DNA from: the human T2T-CHM13v2.0 reference genome, Homo sapiens
Assembly: GCF_009914755.1 (NCBI RefSeq)
Contig: NC_060929.1
DNA length: 64,000 bases
Direction: 5' to 3' (one strand)
The position numbers and the translations under genes are program-made. Shown here in pieces: positions 1-13,873 of this stretch (its first letter is position 1; each line of letters opens with the position of its first letter). Below the pieces are notes generated by a model. The model did not search any database. It saw only the letters and a program-made list of their open reading frames with translations, and had not been told where the DNA came from.

Positions 1-3000
1 ATTAAAAGTGGATAAGCCCACGATGATGAGAAGAAATCAAAACAAAAACACTGAAAACTCAAACAACCAGAGTGCCTTTTCTCCACCAAATGACCACAAC
101 ACCTCCCCAGCAAGGGCACAGAACTGGGCTGAGGCTGAGATGGCTGAATTGACAAAAGTAGGCTTCAGTGGGTGGTAATAAGGAATTTTGCTGAGCTAAA
201 GGAGCATGTTGTAACCCAAGGGAAAGAAGCTAAGAATCATGATAAAACAATACAGGAGCTGAAAACCATAATAGCTACTTTAGAGAAGAACATAACTGAC
301 CTGATGGAGCTCAAAGCACAACACAAGAACTTTACAATGCAATCACAAGTATCAATAGCAGAATAGATCTAGCAGAGGAAAGAATCTCAGAGCTTAAAGA
401 CTGTCTTTCTGAAATAAGACAGGCAGACAAGAATAGAGAAAAAAGAATAAAAATCAATGAACAAAACCTCTGAGAAATGTGGGATTATGAAAAAAGACCA
501 AATCTGTATATTGGTCTGATTGGGGTACCTGAAAGAGATGGGGAGAACAGAACCAAGTTGGAAAACATACTTTAGGATATCATCCAGGAAAACTTCCCCA
601 AACTAGCAAGAAAAACCAACATTCAAATTTAGGAAATCCAGAGAACCCTAGTAAGATACTCCATGAGAAGACCAACCCCAAGACACATAATCATTAGATT
701 CTCAAAGGTCAAAATGAAAGAAAAAATGTTAAGGGAAGCCACAGAAAAAGGCCAGGTCACCCACAAAGGGAAACCCACCTGACTAACAGTGGACCTCTCA
801 GCAGAAACCATACAAGCCAGAAGAGATTGGGGACCAATATTCAACATTCTTAAAGAAAAGGATTTCCAACCAATAATTTCATGTCCAGCCAAACTAAGCT
901 TCAAACCAAAGAAGAAATAAGATCCTTTTCACACAAGTGAGTGCTGAGGGAAGTCATCACCAAACCTGACTTGCAAGAGCTCCTGAAGGAAGCACCAAAT
1001 ATAGGAAGGAAAAATCAAATCATTATCAGCCACTACAAAAACACACTTATGTATACAGATCAGTGACACTCTAAAGCAACCACATAAACAAGTCTGCAAA
1101 ATAACCAGCTAGCATCATGATGACAGGATCAAATTCACACATAACAATACTAATCTTAAAAGTCAATGGTCTAAATGCCCCAATAAAATGACACAGAATG
1201 GCAGGCTGGATAAGGAGCCAAGACCCATTGGTATGCTGTGTTCAAGAGACACATCTCACTTGTAAAGACACACATAGGCTCCAAATAAATGGGTGGAGAA
1301 AAATTTACCAAGCAAATGGCAAACAAGAAAAAGCAGTGGTTGCAAAACTAGTTTCTGACAAAACAGACTTTAAACCAATGAAGATCAAAAAAGAAAAAGA
1401 AGGGCATTACATAATTGAAAAAGTTTCAATTCAACAACAAGCGCTAACTATCATAAATATATATGCACCCAGATTCATAAAACAAGTTCTTAGAGACCTG
1501 CACAGAGACTTAGACTGCAACACAATAATAGTGAGAGACTTTAACACCCCACTGACAATATTAGACAGATCATAAGGACAGAAGATTAACAAAGTAATTT
1601 AGGACCTAAACTCAGCTCTAGATCAAGCGGAACTGATAGATGTCTACAGAACTCTTCACCCCAAAGCAACAGAATATACATTCTTCTTGGCATCACATGG
1701 CACTTACTCAAAAATTGATCACATAATTAAAAGTAAAACACTCCTCAGCAAATGCAAAGCAACTGAAATTATAACAGTCTCTCAGACCATAGTGCAATCA
1801 AATTGGAACTCAAGATTAAGAAATTCACCCAAAACCATACAACTACATGGAAATTAAACAACCAATAAAATTAATTAAGAAATCAAAAGGTTCTTTGAAA
1901 CTAATGAGAACAAAGAGACAATTCACCAGAATCTCTGGGATGCAGGGAAAGTGGTGTTAAGAGAGAAATTTATAGCACTAAATGCCCATGTCAAAAACTT
2001 AGAAAGATCTCAAGATAACAACCTAACACCATGTCTAAGAGAACTAGAGAACCAAGAGCAAACAAACCCCAAAGCTATCAGAAGACAAGAAATAACCAAG
2101 ATCAGAGTTGAACTGAAGGAGATAGAGACACAAAAATCCCTTCAAAAAATCAATGAATCCAGGATCTGATTTTTTGAAAAAATTAATAAAATAGACTGCT
2201 AGCTAGACTAATAAAGAAGAAAAGAAAGAAGAATCAAATAGACATGATCAGAAATGGTAAGGGGGATATCACCACTGTCCCAACAGAAATACAAACAACC
2301 ATTAGAGAATACTATAAATACCTCTATGCACATAAACTAAAAAATCTAGAAGAAATGGGTAATTCCTGGACATGTTCACTCTAGTTCAGTCTAGAAAGAA
2401 ATTGAGTCCTTAAATAAACCAAATTGAGTCCTTAATAAACTATATAAATGAGTTCTGAAATTGAGGCGGTAATAAATAGCCTACTGATCAAAAAAAAAAG
2501 AAAGAAATTGAGTCCTTAAATAAACCAAATTGAGTCCTTAAATAAACTATATAAATGAGTTCTGAAATTGAGGCGGTAATAAATAGCCTACTGATAAAAA
2601 AAAAAAAGCCTAGGACCGGATGGATTTACAGCTGAATTCTACCAGAAGTACAAAGAAGAGCTGGCACCATTACTACTGAAACTATTTCAAAAAGGTGAAA
2701 AGGAGGGACTCTTCCCTAACTCATTTAATGAGGCCAGCATCATCCTGATACCAAAACTTGGCAGAGATACAACAACAACAAAAAAAACTTCAGGCCAATA
2801 TCCATGATGAACATCAATGCAAAAATCCTCAATAAAATACTGGTAAACCGAATCCAGCAGCACATCAAAAACCTTATCCTCCATGATGAAGCTGGCTTTA
2901 TTCCTGGGATGCAAGGTTGGTTCAACAAACACAAATCAACAAATGTGATTCATCACATAAATAGAACTAAAGACAAAAACCACATGATTATCTTAATAGA

Positions 3001-5250
3001 TGCAGAAAAAGCCTTCAATAAAATTGAACATCCCTTCATGTTAAAAACTCTCAGTAAACTAAATATTGAAGGAACAGACTTCAAAATAATAACAGCCATG
3101 TATGACAAACCCACAGTCATTATCCTACTGAATGGGCAAAAGTTGGAAGCATTCCCCTTGAAAACCAGCACAAGAAAAGGATGCCCTCTTTCACCACTCC
3201 TATTCAACATAGTATTGGAAGTTCTGGCCAGGGCAATCAGGCAAGAGAAAGAAATAAAAGGTATTCCAGTAGAAAGAGAGGAAGTCAAATTATCTTTGCA
3301 GATGACAGAATCCTATATCTAGAAAACCCCATTGTCTCAATCCAAAAACTTCTTAAGCTGATGAGCAACTTCAGCAAAGTCTCAGCATGCAAAATCAATG
3401 TGCAAAAATTTCTAGCATTCCTATACACCAACAACAGGCAAGCAGAGAGCCAAATCATGAATGAACTCCCATTCACAATTGCTACAAAAAGAATCAATTA
3501 CTTAGGAATACAGCTAACAAGAGAAGTGAAGGACCTCTTCAAGGAGAACTATAAACCACTGCTCAAAGAAATCGGAGAGGACACAAACAAATGGAAAAGT
3601 ATTTTATGCTCATGGATAGAAAAATTAATATTGTGAAAATGACCACACTGCCCAAAGTAATTTATAGATTCAATGATATTTCCATTAAACTACCATTGAC
3701 ATTCTTCCAGAATTAGAAGAAACTATTTTAAAATTCGTATGGGACCAAAAAAGAGCCCAAATGGCCAAGACAAGCCTAAGCAAAAAGAACAAAGCTGGAG
3801 GCATCATGTTACCTGACTTCAAACTATACTACAAGGCTACAGTAAGCAAAACAGCATTGTACTGGTACCAAAACAGATATATAGACACATGAAAAAGAAT
3901 AGAAAACTCAGAAACAAGACTGCACACCTACAACCATCTGCTCTTTGACAAACTTGACAAAAACAAGGGATGGGGTAAGGATTCCCTATTTAATAAATGG
4001 TGCTGTGAGAACTGGCTAGCCATATGCAGAAAATTGAAACCGAAACCCTTCCTTACACTTGATACAAAAATTAGCTCAAGATGAATTAAAGACTGAAATG
4101 TAAAACCCCAAACCATATAAACCCTAGAAGAAAATCTAGACAATACCATTCAGAACATAGGCATGGGAAAAGATTTCTTGACAAAAACACCAAAATCAAT
4201 TGCAACAAAAGCAAAAGTTGATGAATGGCATCTACATAAACTAAAGAGCTTCTGCACAGCAAAAGAAACTATCATCAGAGTGAATAGACAACATACAGAA
4301 TGGGAGAAAATTTTTGCAATCTATCAATCTGACAAAGGTCTAATATCCAGAGTCTATAAGGAACTTAAACAAATTTACAGGAAAAAAAAAAAACATTAAA
4401 AAGTGGGCAAAGGACATGAACAGATACTCCTCAAAAGAACACCAACAAACATGAAAACAAAGCTCAACATCACTGATGATTAGATAAATGCAAATCAAAA
4501 GCACAATGAGATACCATTTCATGCCAGTCAGAATGGCGATTATTAAAACGTCAAAAAACAACAGATGCTGGTGAGGTTGCAGAGAAAAAGGACCACTTTT
4601 ACATTCTTGGTGGGAGTGTAAATTAGTTCAACTATTGTGGAAGACAGTGTGGTGATTACTCAAAGATCTAGAGGCGGAAATACCATTTGACCCAGCAATC
4701 CCATTACTGGGTATATACCCAAAGGAATATAAATCATTCTTGTATAAAGATACATGCATGCATATGTTCATTTCAACACTATTCACAATAGCAGACATGG
4801 AATCAACCCAAAAGCCCATAAATGACAGACTGGATAAAGAAAATATGGTACATATACACCATGGGATACTGTGCAGCCATAAAAAGGAATGAGATCATGT
4901 TTTTTGCAGGAACATGGGTGGAACTGGAAGCTGTTATCTTCAGCAAATTAACAAAGGAACAGAAAACCCCACACTGCATGTTCTCACCTGTAAGTGGGAA
5001 CTGAATGATGAGAACACATGGACACATGATGGGGAACAGCACACACTGGGTCTGTCGGGGGTGGCATGGGAGAAGACAGAGTATCAGGAAAAATAGCTAA
5101 TGAATGTTGGGCTTGATACTTATGTGATGGGATGATGTATGCAGCAGACCACCGTTGCACACGTTTACCTATGTAACAAACCTGCACACCCTGCACATGT
5201 ATCCCTGAACTTAAAAGTTGAAGATAAAAATAGATAAATAAAATAAAATT
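1..5250 (+). mobile_element. Old LINE-1 (L1PA11-13-like), 5'UTR beyond window edge; ORF1/ORF2 broken by stops and frameshifts
   Basis: ORF fragments match L1 ORF1 (older N-terminus NWAEAEMAELT) and ORF2 EN/RT ([23 protein letters not shown]); 3'UTR ends in A-rich tail near 5225-5250. Confidence 0.93.
2393..2607 (+). repeat. ~106-bp tandem duplication within L1 ORF2, containing a nested ~21-bp duplication
   Basis: agaaagaaattgagtccttaaataaacc...ctactgat(A)n starts at 2393 and again at 2499; aaattgagtcctta(a)ataaac occurs twice in each unit. Confidence 0.92.
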
Positions 5251-5329
5251 TATTTTAGGAGTCTTGCCATACCAGCCAGCACACACAGATCTGTCTCATT
5301 CTTAAAACAAACAAACAAACAAATAAAAA

Positions 5330-5502
5330 CTTGTATTTAAGTTCAAGGGTACACGTGTAGCTCTATTAGATAGGTAAATTACACATCATGGGTGTTTGGT
5401 CTACAGATTATTTTGTCATCCAAATAATATGCATAGTACCCAACAGGTAGTTTTTCAATCCTCACACTCCTCCAAACTTCCACCCTCAATTAGGCCCCAG
5501 TG
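5330..5502 (-). mobile_element. 3'-end fragment of an older L1PA (L1PA15/16-like)
   Basis: ttaagttcaagggtacacgtg...cagattattttgtcatcc...ggccccagtg is the reverse of an L1PA 3'UTR end. Confidence 0.75.
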
Positions 5503-5728
5503 AATGACTGAAGGGAACACCTTATGGAGAAGGACACCCAAGACTACTTATAGTTGGTTTAACTGTCAATTTATAAAACATATATTTAATAAACAAAAAT
5601 TTTAAAAATTTCGTAAATATGAAAATATAAATAACACAAATAATTACACTTCTTTTCAACTTAAACTAGAAATTCAAATTTACTGTGACTTATTATTTTC
5701 AGTACTTCAAACTAAAAAGACAAAATTT

Positions 5729-5752
5729 ACACACACACACACACACACACAC
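5729..5752. repeat. (CA)n microsatellite
   Basis: Direct reading. Confidence 0.95.
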
Positions 5753-5973
5753 TCTCAGCACATTTATTATTCGACTAACTCTTAAACCTATCCTCCAGCT
5801 TCAATACTATGGGCTTAATTAATTCCTTTATTGTTTTGCCCTTGATGTTAATATATTCCTAGGGGTATAGCTATACCAATTTCGTTAGATACCTAGAGCC
5901 GTGGTCATATTATTTTGATAACTTCTTGGGGTAGAATAATTTTACCAAAGCCAAAAGAAAAATACCTTTTCAG

Positions 5974-6064
5974 ACCAGCCAAGGATTTTCATTATCATGA
6001 AATGGGACAAAGAAGTTGGCTAACTTTTCCCAAAGTGTGGTTCCTCTGTGGACATATTTTGTTT
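5974..6064 (+). pseudogene. Candidate decayed exon, N-terminal part of a DUF4537-like motif
   Basis: ccttttcAG acceptor; reads QPRIFIIMKWDKEVG*LFP, then SVV after a 1-bp frameshift; candidate donor GTaatt at 6065. Confidence 0.4.
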
Positions 6065-7454
6065 GTAATTTCAATACCTCTTTTTAAGTCATCATTTCTG
6101 GTATAGATATTATTATTACCATTATTGTGTCTCCTGATGTCTTCCCCAGACATAATACACTTTAAAACACTCACTTGGCTAGCATTATACAACCCACTAT
6201 CTTGTCACTGTGATACATAGACCTGTCTGTCCTGATGTATTCCTTGCTAGAATTTTATTATCTTCAATGGTACTGTTTGGGGGCTTCACTTCTAGGAGAT
6301 AAGGGATTAACTCTAGGTAATCAGCTCCCCTTATTAAGAATATTGGTTTATTTATTGTCCTGAAACAATGTTAATATCACTCTTTATCTGGGGTTTTTTG
6401 TGACCACTGATTCTGACTACCTGTTTTGTTCCCTTTCCACCTAATTTTTGAGTTGGTTCACATGTACTGCTCATTCCTTCCTAGTTCTGTACAGATTCAA
6501 ATATTTTTCCAGAGCTTCTTGGCTTTACCCAGGCTTTTCTCCTTATTCTTTTCATTATGCACTGATGGAAGCAAAATCCAGTCTATTCCTTAGAAACAGA
6601 CATAAAGAATTGTTAAGTAAGAAAACATAGGAAGCTGAGTACCTTTACACATAGCAGTAACTTTTCTGTACTTGTTAAAATAAATGTGAAACTTATACTC
6701 TACTATATTCACTGTTTTTATACTCTGAGCATCTTTTTATAAAGGTTATACAGGTTATTCTTTTTGGAATGGCATTAAGAACTCATTGAATTTCACAGCA
6801 AACCTTGTTCAAATTAACACGATAGCAACTATTATTATTATTTAAAGTTCAAATGATCACAACTTGACCAGAGAAATCCCTTTATGCAGGCACTTTGCCC
6901 TTTAGCACTGTCCTGCTTTTTGATAATAATTGGACATATCCAGATAGCTCTCTCCTCTAAGACAGGAAATCCATTACCTTCCAATAATATCCCTTGACTC
7001 TTAGTTGAGAATGGTAACAGAATGAAAAAAACTGGGCAGTAGGATTGTACAAGAGTGTTGGTGGTTGGCAAAAGTGTTTCTTCTTCATATGATTCATTTT
7101 CATTAGTGAAACAGATAAAATATGTGTGTATGTGTCTATATGTGTGTATACATATATGTATACACGTATATTTCTTTTTAATGCATGATTTCACACTGAT
7201 TTTTCTAATTAAACATATAAAGTTTTATAAACAGCTAAAACATTCTTCTACATTCACACAAAGGACATTTTAATGTTCAAAAACCCTGATAGATATTATA
7301 TGTTAGAGAAAAAAATGCTTAGGCTAATGATAATGTTGAGCATTTTACACTGTCCCTGCTAAATGATTAAGTCTAACCTTAATTCTAAGCAATTCAATTT
7401 TTGATTCTGATGACTATATTTACAGAATGCATTTTTTCCCAGCATCTTAATCCC

Positions 7455-7815
7455 ACCACTGGGGCACTCATGGGTGACCTCTGTGCACTTGCTCCAGGCC
7501 TTATAACCAGAAGAGCCTCACACTTGGTTTAAGGCTCTGTTGTTGTTATCCTGGAAGTTTCAATCATTTTATTTTTTATTTTTTTAGAGATGAGGGTCTC
7601 ACTCTTTCACCAGGCTGGCTGGAGTGAGGTGGCATGTTCATAGCCCATTGCAGTTTCGAACTCCTAGGCTCAAGTGATCCTCTTGCCTCAGCCTCTCTGA
7701 GTAGCTGGGACTATAGGCATATGCCACCATGCCCAGCTAATAATCATTCTTAAACAAGAGGTTTCACATTTTCATTTTGCACTGAGCTCTGCACATTATA
7801 TAGCTAGTCCTGCCT
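7455..7815. mobile_element. MER91-like hAT DNA transposon relic interrupted by an Alu
   Basis: ttggtttaaggctctgttgttgttatcctggaag...cacattttcattttgcactgagctctgcacattatatagctagtcctg. Confidence 0.6.
7571..7739 (-). mobile_element. Alu right monomer (FRAM or truncated AluJ)
   Basis: Poly-T followed by gagatgagggtctcactc...gtagctgggactatagg; aatcatt on both flanks. Confidence 0.88.
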
Positions 7816-8580
7816 ATAATGCATAAGCTGTTAGATTAGAATTTAAGGTCATGATTCCTTTACCCTTTTATTCTTAGCATGTGCCCTGCCAAATAATAAC
7901 ACATTATATTAAATTCCAGAGACTCACAATTTCCCACTGTGATTCAAATCCTGTACAAAATGTCTCATCACAGACAGATAAACCAGCCTATCATGAATTC
8001 TTTAAATATTTGCCTGCTCACTAAAAGCCCCTGGGAGACTTAAAACTACAAATTTCTGAGCTACTCCCCAGACTGAATTCAAATCTTCTGGGCTGAAACA
8101 GAAATCTGTATTTTTAAAAAATCTCTTTTCCCTTGGTCTGTTTGTTTGTTTTTAAATGGTTGGGAGCATGAAGCAAGAGGCTTCATTAGGCTGTTGAAAT
8201 GTATGATGTGAGAGGCTCGTGATACCAAATTTAGCTCCCATTAGGTATTAACCTGATGTAGTTTCTCCCTGTTTCCAATCCACCAGCCATGTACCTACCA
8301 AGAAGGTTAATAGCTACTATTCCCATTTACTGTGGATGTGAGATCTCTTAGCTCTTATAATCATGCTTAGCTAAAACTTCTAGGAAAATATTGGCAGAAT
8401 AAATCATTTCTAATTTCTAATTTTATCACCCCTCCCATTTATTTCTCTATTTCCTGTGGTAATTATATGGGTTTAATTCATTATAATTTATTCCCCTTTC
8501 TCTTTCCTGAATCTGGTCTTAATTACAGCTGTTACTTTCTTTTGTTCTGCCTTGTCATTTTTGTGGGGGAAAAAGAACAG

Positions 8581-8715
8581 AAGACCCTAGCGAAGCAGAA
8601 GCAGAAGTAGCATTTCATATGGACACCTGTGAAGTTCTTGATTCCCTGCTGACATTTATTCTGCATGCTTACCACACAAGGGGTGGATTATTTCCTCCTG
8701 TGAACTTTCATTTAG
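8581..8715 (+). pseudogene. Candidate exon, 135 bp, phase 1-1, open frame
   Basis: cAG acceptor below a pyrimidine tract and AG|GTagag donor; reads DPSEAEAEVAFHMDTCEVLDSLLTFILHAYHTRGGLFPPVNFHL, resembling the middle of DUF4537 (A.V.F...DT..V...FI...GG..P...GD). Confidence 0.5.
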
Positions 8716-9504
8716 GTAGAGAGCTTAGGGTCTATGAGCTTTGCAAGGAACCAGGACCTTAGACAAACAACAAAGGAAACAAACATTGACTCTAAAATGC
8801 ACCAAATAAAACTGCAAAATCCATATTAATAAGAACTAACTAAATATATATTAATTTACTTGTTATTACTAATAATCACAAAAATTGCATTACATTTGAA
8901 TGTGATTTGTAATTTGTAGCTTAGCTTTTCCTCATTTTGCAAAAATTTTAGAGTATACATGATGATTACTGAGAAATCATAGCCAAATGTTAATTAAATG
9001 CATTACCTATAGCCAAATCATTTCAAAAACAAAGTCATAAAATTCACTTCAGTTTTTTTAATGCAAAAAAATATATTTAGGGCATAGGAGCTAACCTGAA
9101 AGAACTCCCAGCAGCAAAAACAAACAAGTTGAACAACAAAATAAAATAGTATTAGATTATAATCTAAAGTATAAAATAAATATCCATGAGTCCATACTAA
9201 CATAAATAAGTCGTTTATACAAAATTAAAATATATTTAATGTGGCAAATGGATAATTTTAATATGTGTCATATAATATGTGGACACCATCAAACTTAAGA
9301 ATGCCGAAGTCTACTAATGTCCTCAAATATCCCCATTAGGGTAAGTTTCCATTAGGTTCACATCAGGGCTTTAATACGAGTTTGGAAAGTCAGATTATTG
9401 TTACATAGTAAACAATTACCACAACCTGCTATGTGGTCATGGTAATTTCAAATATTTTGCCCAAACAAAATCTTATGCAGTACCCCAATATTAAAAATAT
9501 GTAA

Positions 9505-9720
9505 GCCCTGGTAACACAGTAAGACCTTGTCTCTACAAAAAATAAGAAAAAAAAAATAGCAAGGTGTGTGGGTGCACACTTGTAGTCCCAGCTACTCAGG
9601 AAGATGAGGTAGCAGGATTGCATGAGCCCAAGAGTTAGAGGTTGCAGTAAGCCATGGTTGCACCACGGAACTCCAGCCAGGGTCACAGAGTGAGACCTTG
9701 CCTCAAAAATAAATAAAATG
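9505..9720 (+). mobile_element. 5'-truncated AluJ
   Basis: Middle A-rich linker, tgtagtcccagctactcagg and gagtgagaccttgcctcaaaaa. Confidence 0.88.
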
Positions 9721-9939
9721 AAACTAAATACGTAAATGGATAGATTGATCAACATACAGAGAGAGAGAGACGGAGAGAGAGGAAAGATGGAAGGTAGCAG
9801 AAATGCTCTGCCTCTTATCCACCTCAGCAACTCAGAGCAGCGCTGCAGAACTTGGAGGTTCTGTGGAACTCAACTTGTAATTTTTGATACAGTGAGGAAA
9901 GCTGAATTTTTGAAGGCAAGCTACTGAGTTGGAGAAAAT

Positions 9940-10210
9940 AAATAAAATATACTCATCTGATAAAGGGTGGTGCCCAGAACATAAAATAAACTCTTACAAC
10001 TGAATAAGAAGACAAAAATTACAATTAAAACAATGCCAAAAGATGTGAAGAAACACTTCACCAGAGAAGATATGTGGATGACAAATAAGCACATGAAAAA
10101 TTTCACAACATTATTAGATTCTAGGGAAATACAAATTAAAACAAGTTACCCTACATGCTCACTAGAATGGATACAACTAAAAGGACTCCATACCGAGTGT
10201 TGGTGATACT
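9940..10210 (+). mobile_element. Old L1M ORF2-end fragment
   Basis: aaacacttcaccagagaagatatgtggatgacaaataagcacatgaaaa matches the L1 ORF2 C-terminal region. Confidence 0.75.
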
Positions 10211-10513
10211 GCTTCTCCCAACTAACTTTATTCTGATTAAGATTTCTGATTTCCTTCCTAAATAATTACGCTTGGTGGCTTTGAGGGTCTCAAAAAGATT
10301 GAAAGTGTATTATTTTACAGACATATCCAAATATCTTATGCAAAATTATGAAAAGAAGCAAGCAGTTTTATATTTTCTATTTCTTATCTTCCCTTTCAGC
10401 ATCAATATCTTTTTCCTTCCTCTCTAACTTTATATTCCCATCTCTTTTCCATCTCTAACTCCTGGGCCTAAATGCTAACTCCCTCTGTATCATATGTGTT
10501 TGTTTGCCACCAG

Positions 10514-10582
10514 GAAATACAGTCTGCATTTGAAAAGGATTTAAACAACCAGTTGTGGAATTTGGACATCTTTGACAACTTG
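10514..10582 (+). pseudogene. Candidate exon, VWA helix-1/strand-B-like
   Basis: gtttgccaccAG acceptor and TG|GTagag donor; 23 open codons EIQSAFEKDLNNQLWNLDIFDNL, similar to the VWA3 K..L..L..EQL....FN.. pattern. Confidence 0.45.
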
Positions 10583-11104
10583 GTAGAGAGTTAATAAGGA
10601 AAGGAAGAAGGAAAGGGTTGGGACCAGGGAAAAGGATGTGTCTTTCCCTGGTTAAAATGTATAGACTATTAACTATTTCACCAATGCATTAGGCTGGGCC
10701 TAATCCTTGCTAGATTCATTGGAGAAGGGATTGAGGTTGTCATTATAACAAAAATGTGGCTAGAACACATCATTTAAATATTTAATATAAAAACTCATCA
10801 TTAAATTTACATAATGTAAAAAAAACTCTTGAAAAAAGTTGGTGATACTGTGCTATTATCCTGATTTGTTTCTTTACATTTCTTTCACTTCTCAAAATAA
10901 ACGGAAACTCAGTATTTCTCTCTTTACTACCACCATTGGATTTCTCTCTCATCCACACTTACTCCAGGATTCCATTAGGAGGGGCCAGCATGTGTCTCCT
11001 CCTAACTGCCTATTGTAATCCACATTGCTTTTACTTGTATTTCAAGTTCAGGCCATCCACTAAGGAAATCAAACAAACTTATTTTTGTACAATGGGAGAA
11101 AATA

Positions 11105-11285
11105 AGTTGAATGGTTAAGAACATGACTTTTGAAGTCAAACAGACCTGGATTTAAGTGCTAGCCTGATCTTTCTTAACTATGTAATTTCGAACCTATCAT
11201 TTTACCTTGTCAGCCTGTTTTCTCATCTATATAAAACAGTGTTAGTAATACCATATTTCCCACAGGTCTGTAAATGCTGGCTATA
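11105..11285 (+). mobile_element. MIR SINE
   Basis: ggttaagaacatgacttttgaagtcaaacagacctggattt...tttctcatctat core. Confidence 0.75.
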
Positions 11286-12567
11286 ACAGTTTTCTACCAA
11301 CTTCAAGACAATTCCAACTGCTAGGAAAATCTCAAAAATCTACCTAGAAACTTGGATTATGCAGGACAAAATATTGTTGGTGATAAAAGTACACCCTGGG
11401 TGCCATATAATTTCTTTCAAATCTCTCCACACTCTTTCACTGTATGGCGTAAGCTGCCTGAGGGCAGGGATTGTGTCTGGTTCAGCTAGTGCCTACTTGT
11501 ATCCAAACCACCAGACTCATCCTTCTCATCTTTCCGACTTTTCTATTTTCTGTCAATGAATCTGGAGGTCACAGAGAGAAGAGATAGGGAGTGAGTGGTA
11601 TGAATGGGAAAAGTTGGAGGGAAAAGGTGGTTTAAACAAGATTGGTCATTTGTTAAAGTTATTTTAATTGTGGAAGCTGAGTGACAAGTATATAGGGTTC
11701 ACTATACCATTTTCTCTTCTTTTGTTATTTATTTGAAGTGTTTCATCGTATGTAATATATACATAGTTTACATGTAAACGTACGTACACATATATGTGTA
11801 TATTATGTATATATGTATGCAGGAATAATAAAAAGCAGATTGTGTGTCTGTGTCATTAAAGGCAGGGGAAGAATAGGAAAAATGGAGTGACCTCTTAATG
11901 TATAATTAACTAGGCTTGTAGCTCTGATTGTATCATTAGTGCAACATAATATTCTGATGGTTCCAGGCTTATTGCTTCATCCTGTGTATATTTGGTAAGA
12001 AATTGTTGGGTTTTGAGGGGAGTCAAGAAATACCAATCCCTTTCCTCATCCAAATTATGAATTGATTATGAAGATCAGAAGAATAAGGAAGACAGAGAGT
12101 AAAGTCCATCATTTCTTACTGACATTGGTTAATTAGAAATGTGTTTTGGGTCCTGTTAGTTAAGTGGGCTTCCTAATACTCTACCCACAAATTGAAAGAT
12201 TTACACACCCAGTCACAAACACAACTGGATATCCACCAACCTTCCTTGTAAGAACTTGCCCCTGTAAACATTGGGCTTAGAAATTCTAAGTAAAATGTGT
12301 GATTTTCTGTGAGCAACTGGATCTTAAAGAGGAAAAAGAAGGAAAGGGCCTGAGACATTTATGTCCAGTTTCTCTTTCCCTGCTCACCAATATCCCTGGA
12401 AGAGTGAGTGAGAGGGTGGAAGGGAAGAACTAAGGAATTTCCATCCACATAGAAGGAAAAATGAATGGGATATAAAAGTACCCTTATTAAATGACCAATG
12501 GAAGCTTTTACTTGGGAAGTTAAAAGAAAGGCAACATCACAATTCTAGCCATTGGTCTTGTTGTTAG

Positions 12568-12706
12568 AGTAGATGCCATATTTATTATTACTGTATTAGA
12601 AGACTCTTCTATTGACCCCATTAAAGGTGCCTTGAATTTTGCTTAACATCATATCTCAGTGTCATGGGGAAGCTTCATGGCCTTAAAAAGAGAAGATGCC
12701 CCAGAA
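12568..12706 (+). pseudogene. Candidate exon, VWA strand-D region, one in-frame stop
   Basis: tcttgttgttAG acceptor and GAA|GTatgc donor; reads VDAIFIITVLEDSSIDPIKGALNFA*HHISVSWGSFMALKREDAPE (compare VWA AIYLLTDG). Confidence 0.5.
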
Positions 12707-12756
12707 GTATGCTTTCATTGAGGCTGGTTAGAAGCTGGATTTACTTTTTGGTTCAG

Positions 12757-12853
12757 GCACATTTATTAATAGTTGATGCTTTAGAGAAGGATTGTTTCTA
12801 TTATATTGACTGTGGTTTGGGAAGAGTGTTTAAAAGTCCAACAGATATTCCTG
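12757..12853 (+). pseudogene. Candidate exon, VWA C-terminal segment
   Basis: ttactttttggttcAG acceptor, in phase with the previous exon; reads AHLLIVDALEKDCFYYIDCGLGRVFKSPTDIP; implied intron only 50 bp and donor uncertain. Confidence 0.35.
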
Positions 12854-13873
12854 GCATGAGAACTTTTACCATCTATCACTATTTTGGCATATATTTTCAA
12901 AAGTATTAATCATTTTTATATTTGCCTGTAAGATGCCTTCAAATATTCTGCAGCCAGCCCTGGTTAAAAAATTGAGGAAAACATTCTTTTTCATAGAGAT
13001 GTTTGGCCATTACATGGTTATCTTGTCCTATAATGTCTCCCTGACTTTTAGTAACAGCTGTATTAATAATTTGTCACATCAAGAGTTATTCCCTTCCTTT
13101 GAACTCTTCCAGTACTATGTTTGTACCTGTTTTGTGATATTTACTTCATGGCTTGTCTTGTCCATACTGGGGTCTATTCTTACCAGTCCTATAAAATTAC
13201 AGGTTTCTAAAGGTCTGGAATCATTTCTTGGTCAACTTTTTTATCATCACAGCACCTGTCATAGAGTAAGTACACAATAAATGTCTTTTGAATGCATGAA
13301 TAATCACATGAAAAAAAATTGAATTTCCTGCCTTTTTTTGTCTAGATTGTTTGTTGTGTTTTTCTCTTACTATTATTCTTTCCTACACAAATCTGCCACT
13401 AAACGTTCTTCGCTTTCACATATTTTTTTCTGACATAATCTTTGTTGACTAAATGATCCTGCTCTATGTCTATATCCTCTAATCTTCAGATTTCTAGACT
13501 TAAAATATAACAATAAAGAGAAAAAAATTGCTCAGAGAAAATATAGTGATTTAAAATACTTTTTGTACTGTTTTAAAATACCTACTTTATCAAAATAATA
13601 CATCCAAAGTCATTTTTTAAAAATCAAGTTGTATAGAAGAGCTTTTGGTAAAAAGAAATAATTGGCCCCACGTCTTTTGCTAGCCCTATTTTCTCTCCCT
13701 ACTTGCAACCACTTTTAACAGTTTTTAGATCTTTTTATAGATACTGTCACATTTCTAAATATGGGGATATCATAATTAATTGGGTCTTCATGTGATCAAT
13801 GAGGTGCTAGCTTACTTTGACTACCATCCATGATCTCTCCTTTACCTCCTACATATACAGATGTTATTTAATA

